NCBI RefSeq assembly: GCF_006345805.1
Contig: NW_021834988.1
Coordinates: 1-61,658 of the forward strand
Direction of reading: 5' to 3'
Length of the DNA: 61,658 nt
Origin: Octopus sinensis
Taxonomy: Eukaryota
Within the stretch, counting starts at the first letter, position 1; each line of letters opens with the position of its first letter. Positions 1-13,615 of this stretch are shown one piece after another. A program made the position numbers and the translations under genes. The notes beneath the pieces were generated by a model, which worked only from the letters and a program-made list of their open reading frames with translations, was not told where the DNA came from and searched no databases.

Positions 1-412
1 GATTACTCATCTTTGCCAGCTGAGTGGATCAGAGCAGCGTGAAAATGAAGGGTTTTGCTCAAGAACTCAACGCGTTGCTCCATCCAGGAGTTGAAACCAC
101 AATCTTACGATCATGAGTCCAACACCCTAACCCCTAAGCCACGCGCCTCCACTACATACCGGTTAACCATGAATTAACCACCCATCCACCACAAGGTCCC
201 GTTCCTGATGTGTTGTGATGGCTTGCATGCCTCAATGACCCCGCAAACTATACAAGTAGAGCACAAGCTCCTGGTATGTCCTCCCGTGCCGGACAGATTA
301 AATGACAGAGGTCAGTCTAATATTGATTTCAAGGTTTGGCACAAGCCCAGAAATTTGGGGACATGGGATCAAGTCGACTGCATTGACCCCAGTACCCAAC
401 GGTATTTATTTT

Positions 413-789
413 AAGGCGGCGAGCTGGCAGAATCGTTAGCACGCCGGGCGAAATGCTTAGCGGTATTTCGTCTGCCTCTACGTTCTGAGTTCAAATTCCG
501 CCGAGGTCGACTTTCGGGGTCGATTAAATAAGTACCAGTTACGCACTGGGGTCGATGTAATCGACTTAATCTCCTTGTCTGTCCTCTCTGTGTTTAGCCC
601 CTTGTGGGTAGTAAAGAAATAGGTATTTCGTCTGCCTCTACGTTCTGAGTTCAAATTTCGCCGAGGTCGACTTTGCCTTTCATAAATAAGTACCAGTTAC
701 GCACTGGGGTCGATATAATCGACTTAATCCGTTTGTCTGTCCTTGTTTGTCCTCTCTGTGTTTAGCCCCTTGTGAGTAGTAAAGAAATA
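413..789 (+). mobile_element. SINE-A (tRNA-like head, head plus two bodies), nested in an older minus-strand SINE-A variant (about 320-900)
   Basis: A-box-like TGGCAGAATCGTTAGC, B-box GAGTTCAAATTC; TSD GGTATTTATTTT at 401-412 and 790-801. Confidence 0.85.
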
Positions 790-1831
790 GGTATTTATTT
801 TATCGACCCCGAATGGATAAAAAGGCAAAGTTGACTTCGGCAGAATTTGAACTCAGAACGTGGAGACGGATGAAATGCTGCTAAGCATTCTGCCCGGCGT
901 CCTCCCGCTTTTGTTAGCCCGTCGTCGCCTTAGGCCAGGCCAGTCTAATACTGACCATCTCTTCCTAGTGGTTGATAAGAACCAAAGTTACAGAAGCATC
1001 ATTGACGGTTCAAACCCAATAAGATCTTGGAGAGGACAGCCTTCCTGCAAGGAAACCTGGCCATGGTGCAGCAAAATCTGAAAAGAAACTTATGATGCAG
1101 TGCAACAAAATTTAAAAGGTAAGCAGGGGACGGATTGGTCTCACCTGAGCGAAAACAACGTTGTACATTGCACGTCCGGCCGTAACATGGAACGCACAAG
1201 GGAAGCGGAAGAGAGGATTCCGTCGGTTACAACGACGAGGGCCCCACATGATTCGATCAACAGAACAGCGCCTGCTCGTGACATTCACGTGCGAGTGACT
1301 GGGTCCTCCACAGACAAGGTTACCATTAATGCAGTTCATAGAGAAACTCAACGTGACACAGAATGTGAAGAAACGCTGGCCCTGTTTGAATTACAGGTAC
1401 AAATGACATTTGCCATCAGAGTGGAGAGAGAAGCAACGTGAAAATAAGTGTCTTGTTCAAGGACACAGCACACCGCTGGGAATCGAACTCACGACCTTTA
1501 CGACCGTCAGCCGAACACCCTAACCACTAAACCACGTGCCTTCTCCATACCTACATATGTCAGGAATTATATAATCTCTCTCCCTCTCTCTTCTCTCTCT
1601 CTCTCTCTCTTTCTCTCTCCCCCTCTATCTCTCCTCTCTCTCTCCCTCTCTCTCCCCCTCTCTCTCCCCCTCTCTCCCCCCCTCTCTCTCTCTTCCTCTC
1701 TCTGGCGAGGAAGCTAATAAACAACGATGAAGTCAGCCGCACAGACAAACAAGACAGTCGGTCCGATAAGAAAACAATAATATACAGGTGCACTTTTGTG
1801 TGTCGAAAATGCAATAGCAGCAGCAGCAGTG

Positions 1832-1889
<58 letters not shown>

Positions 1890-2157
1890 AAGTCTGCGAT
1901 ATCTGTAGAGTGTTGTAATCAGCACAAGTACTAGTTGCTATTTCGGTAAGGAACTAACACGCACACACACGTAAACACACACACGCACACACACACACAC
2001 ACGCACGTAAACACACACACATAAACACACACACACGTAAACACACACACACACAAACACACACACATGAACACACACGAACACACAGAACACGCACACA
2101 CATAAACACACACACACATACGAACACACGCACACACGCACATAAACACACACACAT

Positions 2158-2192
<35 letters not shown>

Positions 2193-2623
2193 AATACACA
2201 GAACACACACACACACCACACACACACACATGAATACACAGAACACACACACACACGAACACACTGCTTCCAATAACAACAATACCACCGCGCCAACAAC
2301 ACAGCTTCTACCTAGTCGTTTGACATGCAAGAAATAGCGACCAAAATCTCCCTCAAATCGCACCCTATTGCGTTAATTAGAAGAAAGAAAACGGATATAT
2401 TAAATGAAGTGATCCAATATGCATTGTATCAATGACACAAAAACAAATAAGTTGGTCATGGATGGAACACCTCTGATTATAGATTTACTGAACAACTGCT
2501 AATATGGAACTAAAGAACAACACCAACTACTCCCTAAAAATAGCAGTCAAATCTCCCTCAAATGTCATCCCACCGTCTTAGTTTTACAAAATGTGAATAT
2601 ATATATAAGATTATGTGTGAAAG

Positions 2624-3170
2624 GGCATGGCTCAATGGTTAGAACATAAGGTTCATAATCATGAGGTGGTGAGTTCGATTCCTGGGCCGGGCTGCGTGTT
2701 GTGTTCTTGAACAAGACACTTTATTTCCCGTTGCTCCACTTCTCTCAGCGGTAGAAATGATTTGCGATGACATTGATGCCAAACAGGGCCGGCCTCTGCC
2801 TTGCCCTTGGATAACATCAGTGGTTATCTCGATAATGGGACTGTTCATTTTTAGAGTCGGGCTCATAATCATGAGGTAGTGAGTTCAAATTCCCGGACCG
2901 GGTTGTGTGTTGTACTCTCAAGCAAGACACTTTATTTCACGTTGCTCCAGTTTACTCAGCTGTAGAAATGAGTAGCGACGTCACAGGTGCCAAGCCGTAT
3001 CGGCCCTTTGCCTTTCCCTTGGATAACACTGGTGGCATAGAGAGGGGAGGCCGGTACGCATGGAGCGACTGCTGGTCTTCTACAAACAACCTTGCCCGGA
3101 CTTGTGCCTCGGGGGCGAACTTTCTAGGTGCAATTTCATGGTCACTCATGACCGAAGCGGGGTCTTTAAC
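2624..3170 (+). mobile_element. Two tandem SINE-D copies (others at about 1-152 -, 1428-1525 -, 22078-22412 -, 30537-30742 +, 31312-31600 -, 53995-54228 +)
   Basis: Head GGCATGGCTCAATGGTTAG..GAGTTCGATTCC; body CAAGACACTTTATTTCACGTTGCTCCAG; tail CTTGCCCGGACTTGTGCCT. Confidence 0.75.
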
Positions 3171-3780
3171 CTTTATAAACTTATGTGATCCTAGTTATAT
3201 TGGAGCTTTAAAGCAGAAAATTTTCTTAAAATAAAACTGGACGGTCAAAGTTTGAACATCTTTGATGAGTGGCCTACTTAATCATGGCTGTCCTGGGGCC
3301 AAACATCAACAACAAAAACAACTAGTGATACTACTACTACAACAACTACTACTACTATTACTACTACTACTTAGAAATAGCAACCGTAATTCCCTGAAAT
3401 CACACACTAGCGTCTTTGAGAAAACAGACTCATAAAATAATGTAGTCAGGGTTTGCAATGCCTGAAAACAAAGACTGGATAACAGCTCGAAAACATTGGA
3501 TCATGGTTCTGTCTTACTAAACCAGAGATGACCTGCGGCTAAACAACAGCAGCAATCACCGCCTAGAAATCGCAGCTAACTCTACCACAGATCTCTCCAA
3601 AACAAGTTTTTAAATTAAACACATTAGGTAATATAATCCAAGTTTTACGATGACATGTTTATGGTCGAGCCTGTGGTAGTTGAGACCTCCAGTGTTCTTG
3701 GACCCCGGGACGTTATTGGGGCAGAGATTGCTGTCCGGAAGTGCTAGCCCCGTAAGTCAGAGTGGCTGTTTCCATGTTCG

Positions 3781-4158
3781 GTTCACCATCATGGTTTCAC
3801 CGCAGGGTAAGTTCACAATCATTAATTCACCGCAGGGCAAGTCTACTGTCATCAATTTACCGTAGGGCAAGTTCAGCGTCATCAATTCATCGCAGGGCAA
3901 GTCTACTGTCATCAATTTACCGTAGGGCAAGTTCAGCGTCATCAATTCATCGCAGGGCAAGTCTACTGTCATCAATTCACCGCAGGGCAAGTTCACCGTC
4001 ATCAATTCACCGCAGGGCAAGTCGATTGTCATCAATTCACCGTAGGGCAAGTTCACCGTCATTAATTCACCGCAGGGCAAGTCTACTGTCATCAATTCAC
4101 CGTAGGGCAAGTTCACCGTCAACAATTCACCGCAGGGCAAGTCTACCGTCATCAATTC
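3781..4158. repeat. 30-bp minisatellite (about 12.5 units) with alternating variants
   Basis: Units GTCTACTGTCATCAATT(T/C)ACCG(T/C)AGGGCAA and GTTCA(G/C)CGTCATCAATTCA(T/C)CGCAGGGCAA. Confidence 0.92.
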
Positions 4159-4440
4159 GATGATAAGATACAATAGATATATTTTCTCGGTAAGCTTTCC
4201 TCACGGTGAACTTTCTACACGGTGAACTGATGGTGGTGATCTTTCCCTGCGATGAATTGATGCCGGTGACTTACCTGAAATCGGCTGTTCCAGCATATCT
4301 CCCTCGCTGTCCTCCGGATCAACACCTTTTCCAGTTTGTCTGCTGGTGCCATGAGAAACGTTTTCATATTGTGAGAGGCATGATCCTTCGTTAATCCCAA
4401 CAGACCTGGTTAAATGCGCAAAAGAAAATCAATCAAAACG

Positions 4441-4619
4441 GAGGCGTAGGAGTGGCTGTGTGGTAAGTAGCTTGATTACCAACCACATGGTTCCGAGTTC
4501 AGTCCCACTGCGTGGCACCTTGGGCAAGTGTCTTCTACTATAGCCTCGGGTCGACCAAAGCCTTGTGAGTGGATTTGGTAGACGGAAACTGAAAGAAGCC
4601 CGTCGTATATATGTATATT

Positions 4620-4683
<64 letters not shown>

Positions 4684-4898
4684 GTTTGTGTGTCTGTGTT
4701 TGTCCTCCCACCAACATCGCTTGACAACTGATGCTGGTGTGTTTACGTCCCCGTAACTTAGCGGTTCGGCAAAAGAGACCGATAGAATCAGTACTAGGGT
4801 TACAAAGAATAAGTCCCCGGGGTCGATTTGCTCGACTAAAGGTGGTGCTCCAGCATGGCCACAGTCAAATGACTGAAACAAGTAAAAGAGTAAAAGAA
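4441..4898 (+). mobile_element. SINE-B (tRNA-like head, internal (TG)n, AAAAGAGT tail)
   Basis: GGAGTGGCTGTGTGGTAAGTAGC head, CCTTGGGCAAGTGTCTT, tail AAACAAGTAAAAGAGTAAAAGA. Confidence 0.85.
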
Positions 4899-5362
4899 TA
4901 TTTTAGTTATGCTGCTGTGATACAATTTGATTGAAAGAATAAGAAACCAGATTGGATGGACACGGCTGGAATACCATTGATCATTGGTGTGTGTGTGTGC
5001 GTGTGTGTGTGTGTGTACGCGTGCGCGTATGTGTATATGTATGTGATTCTACGTGTGCATATGCGTATGTGTATGCGTATGGATGTGTTTCTACATGATG
5101 TGTGTGCGTATGTGTGTATGTGTGTGTGTGTGCGTATGTGTATGTATGTAAGTGTATCTCCATATGTACGTGTATGAGTGAATGTGTGTGCATATGTGTA
5201 TATATATGTATTTCTACATGTGTATGTGTGTGTGCGTGCATGTGTATATGTATGTATGTGTTTTTGTGTGTGTGGTGTGTGTGTGTGCGCGTGTGTATGT
5301 GCCTATGTGTATGTATGTGCTTCTACATAAGTGTATGTATGTGTGTGTGTATGGTGTGTGTG

Positions 5363-5394
<32 letters not shown>

Positions 5395-5507
5395 AGTAGA
5401 AGAAATGTAACCTACACATTCTTCTTTTCAACTCTCAACACGGATTTCTGACCTTCACATTTAATTCACATCTAACTACCACACTATTCATGCTATGCCT
5501 CCCCACA

Positions 5508-5567
<60 letters not shown>

Positions 5568-5585
5568 TGCATAAACACTGAAATG

Positions 5586-6254
5586 GGATCTTTTCGGTTT
5601 GACCGGCAGTTTTTAACATAATTTCTATGTAACTAAAAAAATTTTAAACTTCGTATACTGGTAGAATGTGTTTATAAAACATCTTTTTCTCTTGGCTTTA
5701 GTTAGTTAGTTAGTTAATCTTTTTGGCTCAAAAAGCAAAAAGCAAGGCCATGTAGGGGGACATTGAGTTATGTACAGGGTGGTGTTCATGTAAAGAGTTC
5801 AGGCCACTTGAGATCAAGGGAGACTATGAACCGAGCGGTCGTCGGCATCTTCACCATCTCGTCTGGCAGCTTATTCCACGGATCCGCAACCCGGACGGAG
5901 AAAGTCCCTCTCCTTCGATTGAGATTTGTTGAGAAAACTCTATAGTTTGTAAGATATTTGTTGTTTTTTTAATTCAATTTCTGCAATTTCATCCAATCAC
6001 TATTGAAGTAAAAAAAACACTCTGTGCCGTATGAATATGTCCCTCGTTTAGGAAACAGATTGGGTTTATTTACATGTGGGAAGAAAAAAAGATACCCTTC
6101 CCCCCACCCTTAACCCTAACCCTAGCCCTAACCTTAACTAACCCTAACCCTAAAACAGATTGAAATGCAATAGATCGATACTAGGGTCATAATTATGGGT
6201 GACAATTTCATATGACACCGCTAGGAAAAACTGCCGTTCAAACCGAAAAGATCC
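5586..6254. mobile_element. hAT-like MITE copy 1 (contains CR1 insertion)
   Basis: TIR GGATCTTTTCGGTTTGA(A)CGGCAGTTTT; flanks CTGAAATG/CAGATATG (6/8). Confidence 0.85.
5701..5930 (-). mobile_element. 5'-truncated CR1-like 3' end inserted inside a hAT MITE
   Basis: LNRRRGTFSVRVADPWNKLPDEMV..LDLKWPELF*; (TAAC)n tail; interrupts the MITE at CTTGGCTTTA|TTGAGAAAA. Confidence 0.7.
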
Positions 6255-6356
6255 CAGATATGCACACATGCACAAACACTCAAATGCCTAACAAATTCAA
6301 CAACGACAAAGGAACTCCCCTCACACACCGCTTCGCCTCCTTCCGCGGCAATCGTT

Positions 6357-6761
6357 GGATTTTTTTCGGTTTGAACGGCAGTTTTTCCTAGCGGTGTCAT
6401 ATGAAATTGTTACCCATAATTATGACCCTAGTATCGATCTATTACATTTCAATCTGTTTTAGGGTTAGGGCGAAGGGTATTTTTTTTTCTTCACAAATGT
6501 AAATAAACCCAATCTGTTTCTTAAACGAGGGACATATTCATACGGCACAGAATGTTTTTTACCTCAATAGACGTCAGTGATTGGTTGAAATTGAAGAAAT
6601 TGAAGAAAAAACAACAAATATCTTACAAACTATAGAATTTTCTCAATAAATCAAAGAGAAAAAGATGTTTTATAAACACATTCTACCAGTATACGAAATT
6701 TAAAATTTTTTAGTTAGGTGGAAATTATTTTAAAAAACTGCCGTTCAAACCGAAAAGATCC
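6357..6761. mobile_element. hAT-like MITE copy 2
   Basis: Same TIRs and body, opposite orientation to copy 1. Confidence 0.85.
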
Positions 6762-7260
6762 GAAAAACGTTTAATGAACGTTCATTTAAACACAAAAATG
6801 CTAAAACACAATGAACGCTGACTTTGTCAAAACTAAACTTAAAATTCTTCAATGCCGCCGTTAAAGAATTACACAAGCAACAGCGATGATGGCGTTACTT
6901 GTAAGCAGCGAATTGTTGCTTATCAAACAAAACCTGGGAGCGTGAGCCAACGAGAGAACGCGTCATTACGTGGATACATGGAATGCTAAAAATAGCAGCC
7001 ACCTCACCCTCAGATCATAAGCTATGATAGTGTTGTTGTTGTTGTTGGCAGCGAATTGCTTATTCAGTTAAGAGCCGTGGAAACACAGACCTACGAGGGA
7101 GTGCACCATACCATTGTACTGTCGCTTGAAATGCTAAAAATAGTAGTTAAATTTCCATGAGATCACATCTTATCATTTGAATGTGGGAAGGACTCATAGG
7201 ATAATGTGTTCTGAAATAGAAAAAAAAAACGGCTGGGATGGTCAAGGACAGAGCGTCTTT

Positions 7261-7740
7261 GGATCTTTTCGGTTTGAACGGCAGTTTTTAACATAATTTC
7301 TAGGTAATTAAAAAAATTTTAAACTTCGTATACTGGTAGAATGTGTTTATAAAACATCTTTTACTCTTGGCTTTATTGAGAAAATTCTATGGTTTGTAAG
7401 ATATTTGTTTTCTTTATTTTTCTTCAATTTCAACCAATCAGTGACGTCTATTGAGGTAAAAAAAAAAAACATGGCCACAGCTCGTGAGCTGAAACTAGAT
7501 AAAGAAGAAAGATAAAGATTCTGTGCCGTATGAATATGTCCCTCGTTTAAGAAACAGATTGGGTTTATTTACATTTGTGAAGAAAAAAGATACCCTTCCC
7601 CCCACCCCTAACCCTAACCCTAATTAACACTAACCCTAAAACAGATTGAAATGCAATAGATCGATACTAGGGTCATAATTATGGGTGACAATTTCATATG
7701 ACACCGCTAGAAAAAACTGCCGTTCAAACCGAAAAGATCC
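7261..7740. mobile_element. hAT-like MITE copy 3
   Basis: Both 28-bp TIRs intact; TSD degenerate. Confidence 0.85.
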
Positions 7741-8001
7741 GCGTATTAATTATAGGTCTGATATGAGGCTAAATAGCAAGAATAAAAGCAAAATATCGAA
7801 ATATTGCAACTTCTCGAGTGGTGTACCACAAGGATCTTATATACTCACCCACAGTTTTTAACCTTCACTAATACAACCTGCCCAAATTTCCGATACAATC
7901 AGCTTCGTAAGAATATGGCACAAAACCATAAAACTACAACTAACACTCAACTACAACTAACGTGTGTGTGTGTGTGTGTGTGTGTTCTTTCTTTCTTATT
8001 T

Positions 8002-9041
8002 ATATAGGAATAGAAGCGTCAATTTTAAAATGGCAAACCGCCTAAGTCGTCTAAAAATCACTTCTACATATATAAGTGATTTAAATAAGATAGAAATTAC
8101 AAGATAAAAGATGTCCAAGGTCAGAATTCTGAAACAAGCGATGGCTAAATTTCGAGGTTAAAAATACATATGAAATAAAAATAATAATACGATGAAATTC
8201 CCCATAGAGGACATATCAGGATGAAGGGAACGTTCTTTTACTCTTTTACTCTTTTACTTGTTTCAGTCATTTGACTGTTGCCATGCTGGAGCACCGCCTT
8301 TAGTCGAGCAAATCGACCCCAGCACTTATTCTTTGTAAGCCTAGTACTTATTCTATCGGGGTCTTTTGCCGAACCGCTAAGTTACAGGGATGTAAACACA
8401 CCAGCATCGGTTGTGAAGCGATGTTAGTGGGGGAGGGGACAAACAAAGACACACAAACACACACACACACATATATATATATATACATATATACGAGGGG
8501 CTTCTTTCAGTTTCCGTCTACCAAATCCATTCACAAGGCTTTGGTCGGTCCGAGGCTATAGTAGAAGACACTTGCGCAAGGTGCGACGCAGTGGGACTGA
8601 CCCCGGAACCATATGGCTGTTAAGCAAGCTACTTTATTTCATAGAAATTTGCCATGGGGGCATTACACAGAGTAGCTTGCAGGCTAGACATAAACATTAA
8701 TGAAGCGGATGATTATGATGAAAAATGATAAAGATGGGAGAAGGCAGAAGGTGCCCGCCGACCCTCTGCTTCTCTACCACACAGACACTCCTGCGCCAAT
8801 GATATATAAATTATTTAATTTTGAACCATGACTAGAATTGTACCCTTGAAACGGCCATAAATGGAACATCCTCCAATTTTTAGCTCCTTTTTAATCTCGA
8901 AATTTAGCCCTCACTTATTTTAGAATTTTGACCTCGAGCATCTGTTATCTTGTAGTTTCTATTTTATAATTATATGTAGAAGTGATTTTTGGACGACTTA
9001 GGTGGTTTACCATTTTGAAATTGACGCTTTTATTCCTATAT
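8002..9041. mobile_element. Non-autonomous DNA transposon with about 160-bp TIRs, containing a SINE-B
   Basis: 8002-8165 is the reverse complement of about 8888-9041 (ATATAGGAATA.AAGCGTCAATTT.AAAATGG.AAACC.CCTAAGTCGTC.AAAAATCACTTCTACATAT); TA-rich ends. Confidence 0.75.
8235..8633 (-). mobile_element. SINE-B
   Basis: Reverse complement of 4441-4898, head slightly truncated. Confidence 0.85.
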
Positions 9042-9086
9042 CATCAACTACTCATTCGTTTTGCACCTCCTATATATATCACGCAT

Positions 9087-9680
9087 AAGGCGGCGAGCTG
9101 GCAGAAACGTTAGCACGCCGGGCGAAACGCTTAGCGATGTTTCGTCTGTCTTTACGTTCTGAGTTCAAATTCCGCCGAGGTCGACTTTGCCTTTCATCCT
9201 TTCGGGGTCGATGAATTAAGTACCAGTAGCGTACTGGAGTCGATATAATCGACTTGATCCCTTTGTCTGTCCTTGTTTGTCCCCTCTGTGTTTAGCCCCT
9301 TCTGGGCAATAAAGAAATAAGAAACGTTAGCACGCCGGGTGAAATGCGTAGCGGTATTTCATCTGTCTTTATGTTCTGAGTTCAAACTCCGCCGAGGTCG
9401 ACTTTGCCTTTCATCCTTTCGGGGTCGATAAATTAAGTACCAGTTACGCACTGGGTTCGATGTAATCGACTTAATTCGTTTGTCTGTCCTTGTTTGTCCC
9501 CTCTATGTTTAGCCCCTTGTGGGTAGTAAAGAAATAGGTATTTCGTCTGCCGCTACGTTCTGAGTTCAAATTCCGCCGTGGTCGACTTTGCCTTTTTTCC
9601 TTTCAGGGTCGATACCAGTTGCGTACTGGGGTCGATTTAATCAACTGGCCCCATCCTCCAAAATTTCGGGCCTGTACCTA
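9087..9680 (+). mobile_element. SINE-A trimer
   Basis: Junctions AAAGAAATA|AGAAACGTTAGC and AAAGAAATA|GGTATTTC; last unit carries an alternative tail. Confidence 0.85.
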
Positions 9681-9910
9681 GAGGGGATGAACCCGGAACC
9701 ATGTGGTTGGAAAAGCAACCCTCTTACCACGCTGCCACTCCTGCGCATATATAATATATATATATATATATAATATATATATATATATATTATATATATA
9801 TATATATAATATATATATAATATAATATATATATTATATATATGTAGGCGCATATATGTATGTATGTATGTGTATATATATATTATATATGTATAATATA
9901 TATATATATA

Positions 9911-12900
9911 TTGTTTTGGCATCCTTTCTGTCTCGAGAGACAATGGAGTTGCGCATTTTTTTTTTTCTAGGTCTAGTCCGGCTGTTATATTTTATTTCCT
10001 GTTACATTTCTTGCTGTGGCTGTGTAGTCCTATCCTGGACAAACACTCCCCTGGCAGGTACTGCAAATGTAGCGAAGATGTTCCTGGCTGTTGTAGTGCC
10101 ATGGTCTCTTGTTTATGTCTTCTTCCTTTCTTCCTTTCTTCCCATTTCTCCTCTCCTTTCTGTCACTCCTCTGTATACCCTCTTTTACTGTACGTCGCCA
10201 TTCTCACGTTGCCGCGACTGCCTCCAACGCTAATGTTGATGTTGCAGGCCTTCATATCCCTTTTGCAAACATCCTTGTACGTAAGATCGGCTACCCACAG
10301 ACCTAGTACCCCTAGCAAGCTCTCCGTAGAGTATGTCCTTGGGGATTCTGCCATCTTTCATACGGCTAACATGCCCAAGCCATCTCATACGTCTTTGTGT
10401 GAGGAGTGCAAACATGCTTGGTATTCCTGCTTGCCTGAGGACATCTTTGTTGGGGATATGATTCTGCCATTTGATGTGGAGGATTTTTCGGAGGCAGCGC
10501 AGGTGAAAGATGTTTAGGCGACGCTCTTGGCGTGTGTATAGCGTCCAGGTCTCGCTTCCATACAGTAGAGTGCTGAGTAACACATGCCTGGTAGATATTC
10601 ATTTTTGTGGTCTTGGTCAGCTTATTGTTGTCCCAAGCCCGTTTGGAGAGGTGGGCCATCGCAGCAGCTGCCTTGCCATGCGTATATTGAGCTCAGCGTC
10701 AAAGGGGATAGGTGTAGGTGACGGTAGAGCCAGATAGGTAAACTCTCCACCTCTTGTAATCTGTGGTCTCCAATATGTATGTTTGGGATGTCCGATGTAG
10801 CCTGGCCCATGATGGCCCACTGCACTCCACTGGACTACATCAGCAAGGTCGAGAGAGGAAACCTGACGATTGGGCTACCCAGGACTTTTATCTATAGCCC
10901 AGGCCTGCGCCAAAACTGGAGAGGACGCTTCAGCTGTGCTGCTGTAAAAAGCTGCAGAAACAACACGTTGGTAACAGTTACGAGTGATAAGTCCATTCAG
11001 ATTGCGTAAAAATATGGACGTACGGGTTACCTCTGCCGGTGGGAGGGACTTCCGTGTCCTTGGTTAGCTACTGCCCACCTCAAGCTGGGCAGCCCCCAGT
11101 TAATAAGGTGCTGAACCGCCACAAGCCGCCTGTTCCATTGGGTGCTTGGAGCTAAGAGTACGACTCGAAAAGCGGCCTGCAACCTCTGCACCAGGCAAGC
11201 AACTAAAATTCAAGAAAACACCAGTTCTGCAGTTGGCAAGCTGGAATGTCAGGACCATGTCCTGGAATATCTGACGATCTTCTCAGTATTGAAGACACAA
11301 GGAAAACGGCATCATGACCGTGAACTAAAGAGGCTCAACATAGATATTGCTGGGCTGCAGGAGACAAGACTTCCCTCAAACGGCAGACTCAAAGAGAGGA
11401 CTTCACCTTCTTTTGGCAGGGAAGAGATCCAGAAGAACCTCGTCAACATGGCGTGGATTGCAGTGAGAAACTCACTACTCCACAATAGAACCACCATCGG
11501 GAGGCACTGAGGTATCCTCTCACTGCGCCTCTCGACTTCTCTGGCCTCAGTACATCTACTCAGCATCTATGCTCCCACTCTCTACAGCTCAGAGGAGACC
11601 AAGGACCAGTTCTACAAAGATCTCAACACTGTGTCCTAGAAAAATACCAAAGACTGAAAATATCTACCTTCTAGGGGATTTTAACGCTCGCGTGGGATCT
11701 GACCATGATTCGTGGCCCATTTGTGTTGGACACTTTGGTATTGGCAACATGAATGACAATGGTCAGAGACTACTCGAATTCTGCACATACCACAACTGTG
11801 CATCACAAACACATTCTTTACCAGCAAGCCATCCCACAAGGCATCCTGGACATCCAAGATCTCACCACTGGCATCAGCTGGATCTCATCATTACACGGAG
11901 ATCCTTTCTGAGTTACTCTATTGACCCGCAGTTACCACAGTGCGGATTGTGACACAGACCACTCACTAATTAGAAGCAGGGTGAGGATTCTCCCTAAAAA
12001 AGTCCATCGCTCAAGAAAGGGACCAACCACGCATCAACACCGCCAGAACCTCGGACCCTACACTGCGAAAATGTTTTGCTGCTTCTATCAAGGTTGCCTC
12101 AGTAGCTGCCCAACCTCCTCTGCTGAAAGTAGGTGGGACTATATCAGGGAAGCCTTGTATACGACATCATTGGATACTTTCGGCATGAGAGAAAGGCAAA
12201 ACCAGATTGGTTCAATGCTGGGCTCTCAGAGCTGGAGCCAGTTATCGAAGCAAAGCGTGCAGCTGGGTGCAATACAAGAGTGACCCTTCTACAAAGTCAC
12301 TCGAAGAACTCAGAAAGGCACGAAATAAAACCCAACTGACAGCCAGACGCTTTGCAAAATGGGTATTGGCAGGAAATCTGTCAGAGTCCAGTCAGCTGTG
12401 ACAGGGGCGAACCCGTGGGATGTATGCTGGTTTGAAGAAGGCCCTCGGTCCATCCGCAACCAAGTCAGCCCCTCTGAAATCAAATACTGGAGATCTCATC
12501 AGGGATAAGGCAAGCAAATGGATAGATGGGTGGAGCACTACCAGGATCTCTACTCACGGGAGACCACAGTGGCTGAGGCTGCAGTCGAGAGTGTCAAGAT
12601 CTGCCAGTCATGTGCGAACTTGACAGTCCGCCATCTATAGCAGAGCTCACCAAGGCTGTTGACTCCCTAACAAGAAATAAGGCTCCGTGAAAAGACGGCA
12701 TCCCCTCAGAGATCATCAAAGCCGGCAAAAACACCATCCTGCTTCGGCACCTTCATGAGCTTCTGTGTCAGTGCTGGGAAGAGGGTACAGTCCCTCAGGA
12801 TATGCGTATCCCTCAGGATACGCTCTACAAAAACAAAGGTGACCGTGGTGATTGTAACAATTACCGTGGTATATCCCTTCTAAGCACTGTTGGAAAGACC

Positions 12901-13564
12901 TTTGCCCGCGTTATCCTGGCCAGGCTACAACTACTTGCTTCTCGAATCTATCCGGAATCGCAGTGTGGCTTTAGAAGAAGCAGATCAACTATCGATATGA
13001 TATTCTCCATACGCCAACTTCAGGAGAAGTCCAGAGAGCAGAAAATGCCATTATATATGGCCTTCATTGATCTAACAAAGGCTTTTGACTCGGTAAGCAG
13101 AACAGGTCTCTTCCTCCTGCTCCAAAAATCGGATGTCCACCAAAGCTGCTGAGGATCATCAAGTCTTTCCATGATGACATGCAAGTTACCATACAGCACA
13201 ACGGTTCAACATCAGCCGCCTTCCAAATAAAAAACGGGGTAAAGCAAGGCTGTGTCCTCGCTCCTACATTGTTTGGCATCTTCTTCTCACTCTTGCTGTC
13301 ACATGCCTTTCAGACATTAGATGATGGAGTGTTTCTGCACAGTAGAAGTGACGGGAAACTGTTCAATCTTTCGCGCCTGCGTGCCAAGACCAAAATCAGA
13401 AACGTCCTGATCAAGGAGATGTTATTTGCTGATGATGCCGCTCTGGTAACACACACAGAAGAAGCCCTCCAAAGGCTCATTAACTGTTTTGAGCAAGCAT
13501 GTAACGACTTTGGTTTAGCTATCAGCCTTAAGAAGACCAACATCATGGGCCAGGCTACATCGGA
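9911..13564. mobile_element. Near full-length RTE-clade LINE, rearranged: 5'UTR+EN+RT on + (10815-13564), 3' part on - (9911-10814), frameshifted
   Basis: APE motifs (LASWNVRTM, GLQETR, LLGDFNARVG, DHSLI); RT motifs (NYRGISLLS, QCGFR, AFIDLTKAFDSV, GVKQGCVLAPTLF, LFADD); C-terminal LLYGSETW, LRWLGHV and a C/H finger remnant on the minus strand; 24-bp overlap 10791-10814 / 13541-13564. Confidence 0.92.
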
Positions 13565-13615
13565 TATATATATATATATATAATATATATAGGCGCATAT
13601 ATGTATGTATGTGTA

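Noticed and set aside
413-500. tRNA genes at SINE heads (also 14726, 2624 and 4441)
   Set aside because: A and B boxes are present but there is no closed acceptor stem, and the heads run into SINE bodies with TSDs.
11142-13583. Separate host genes in the ORF cluster
   Set aside because: Consecutive frameshifted pieces of a single RTE ORF.
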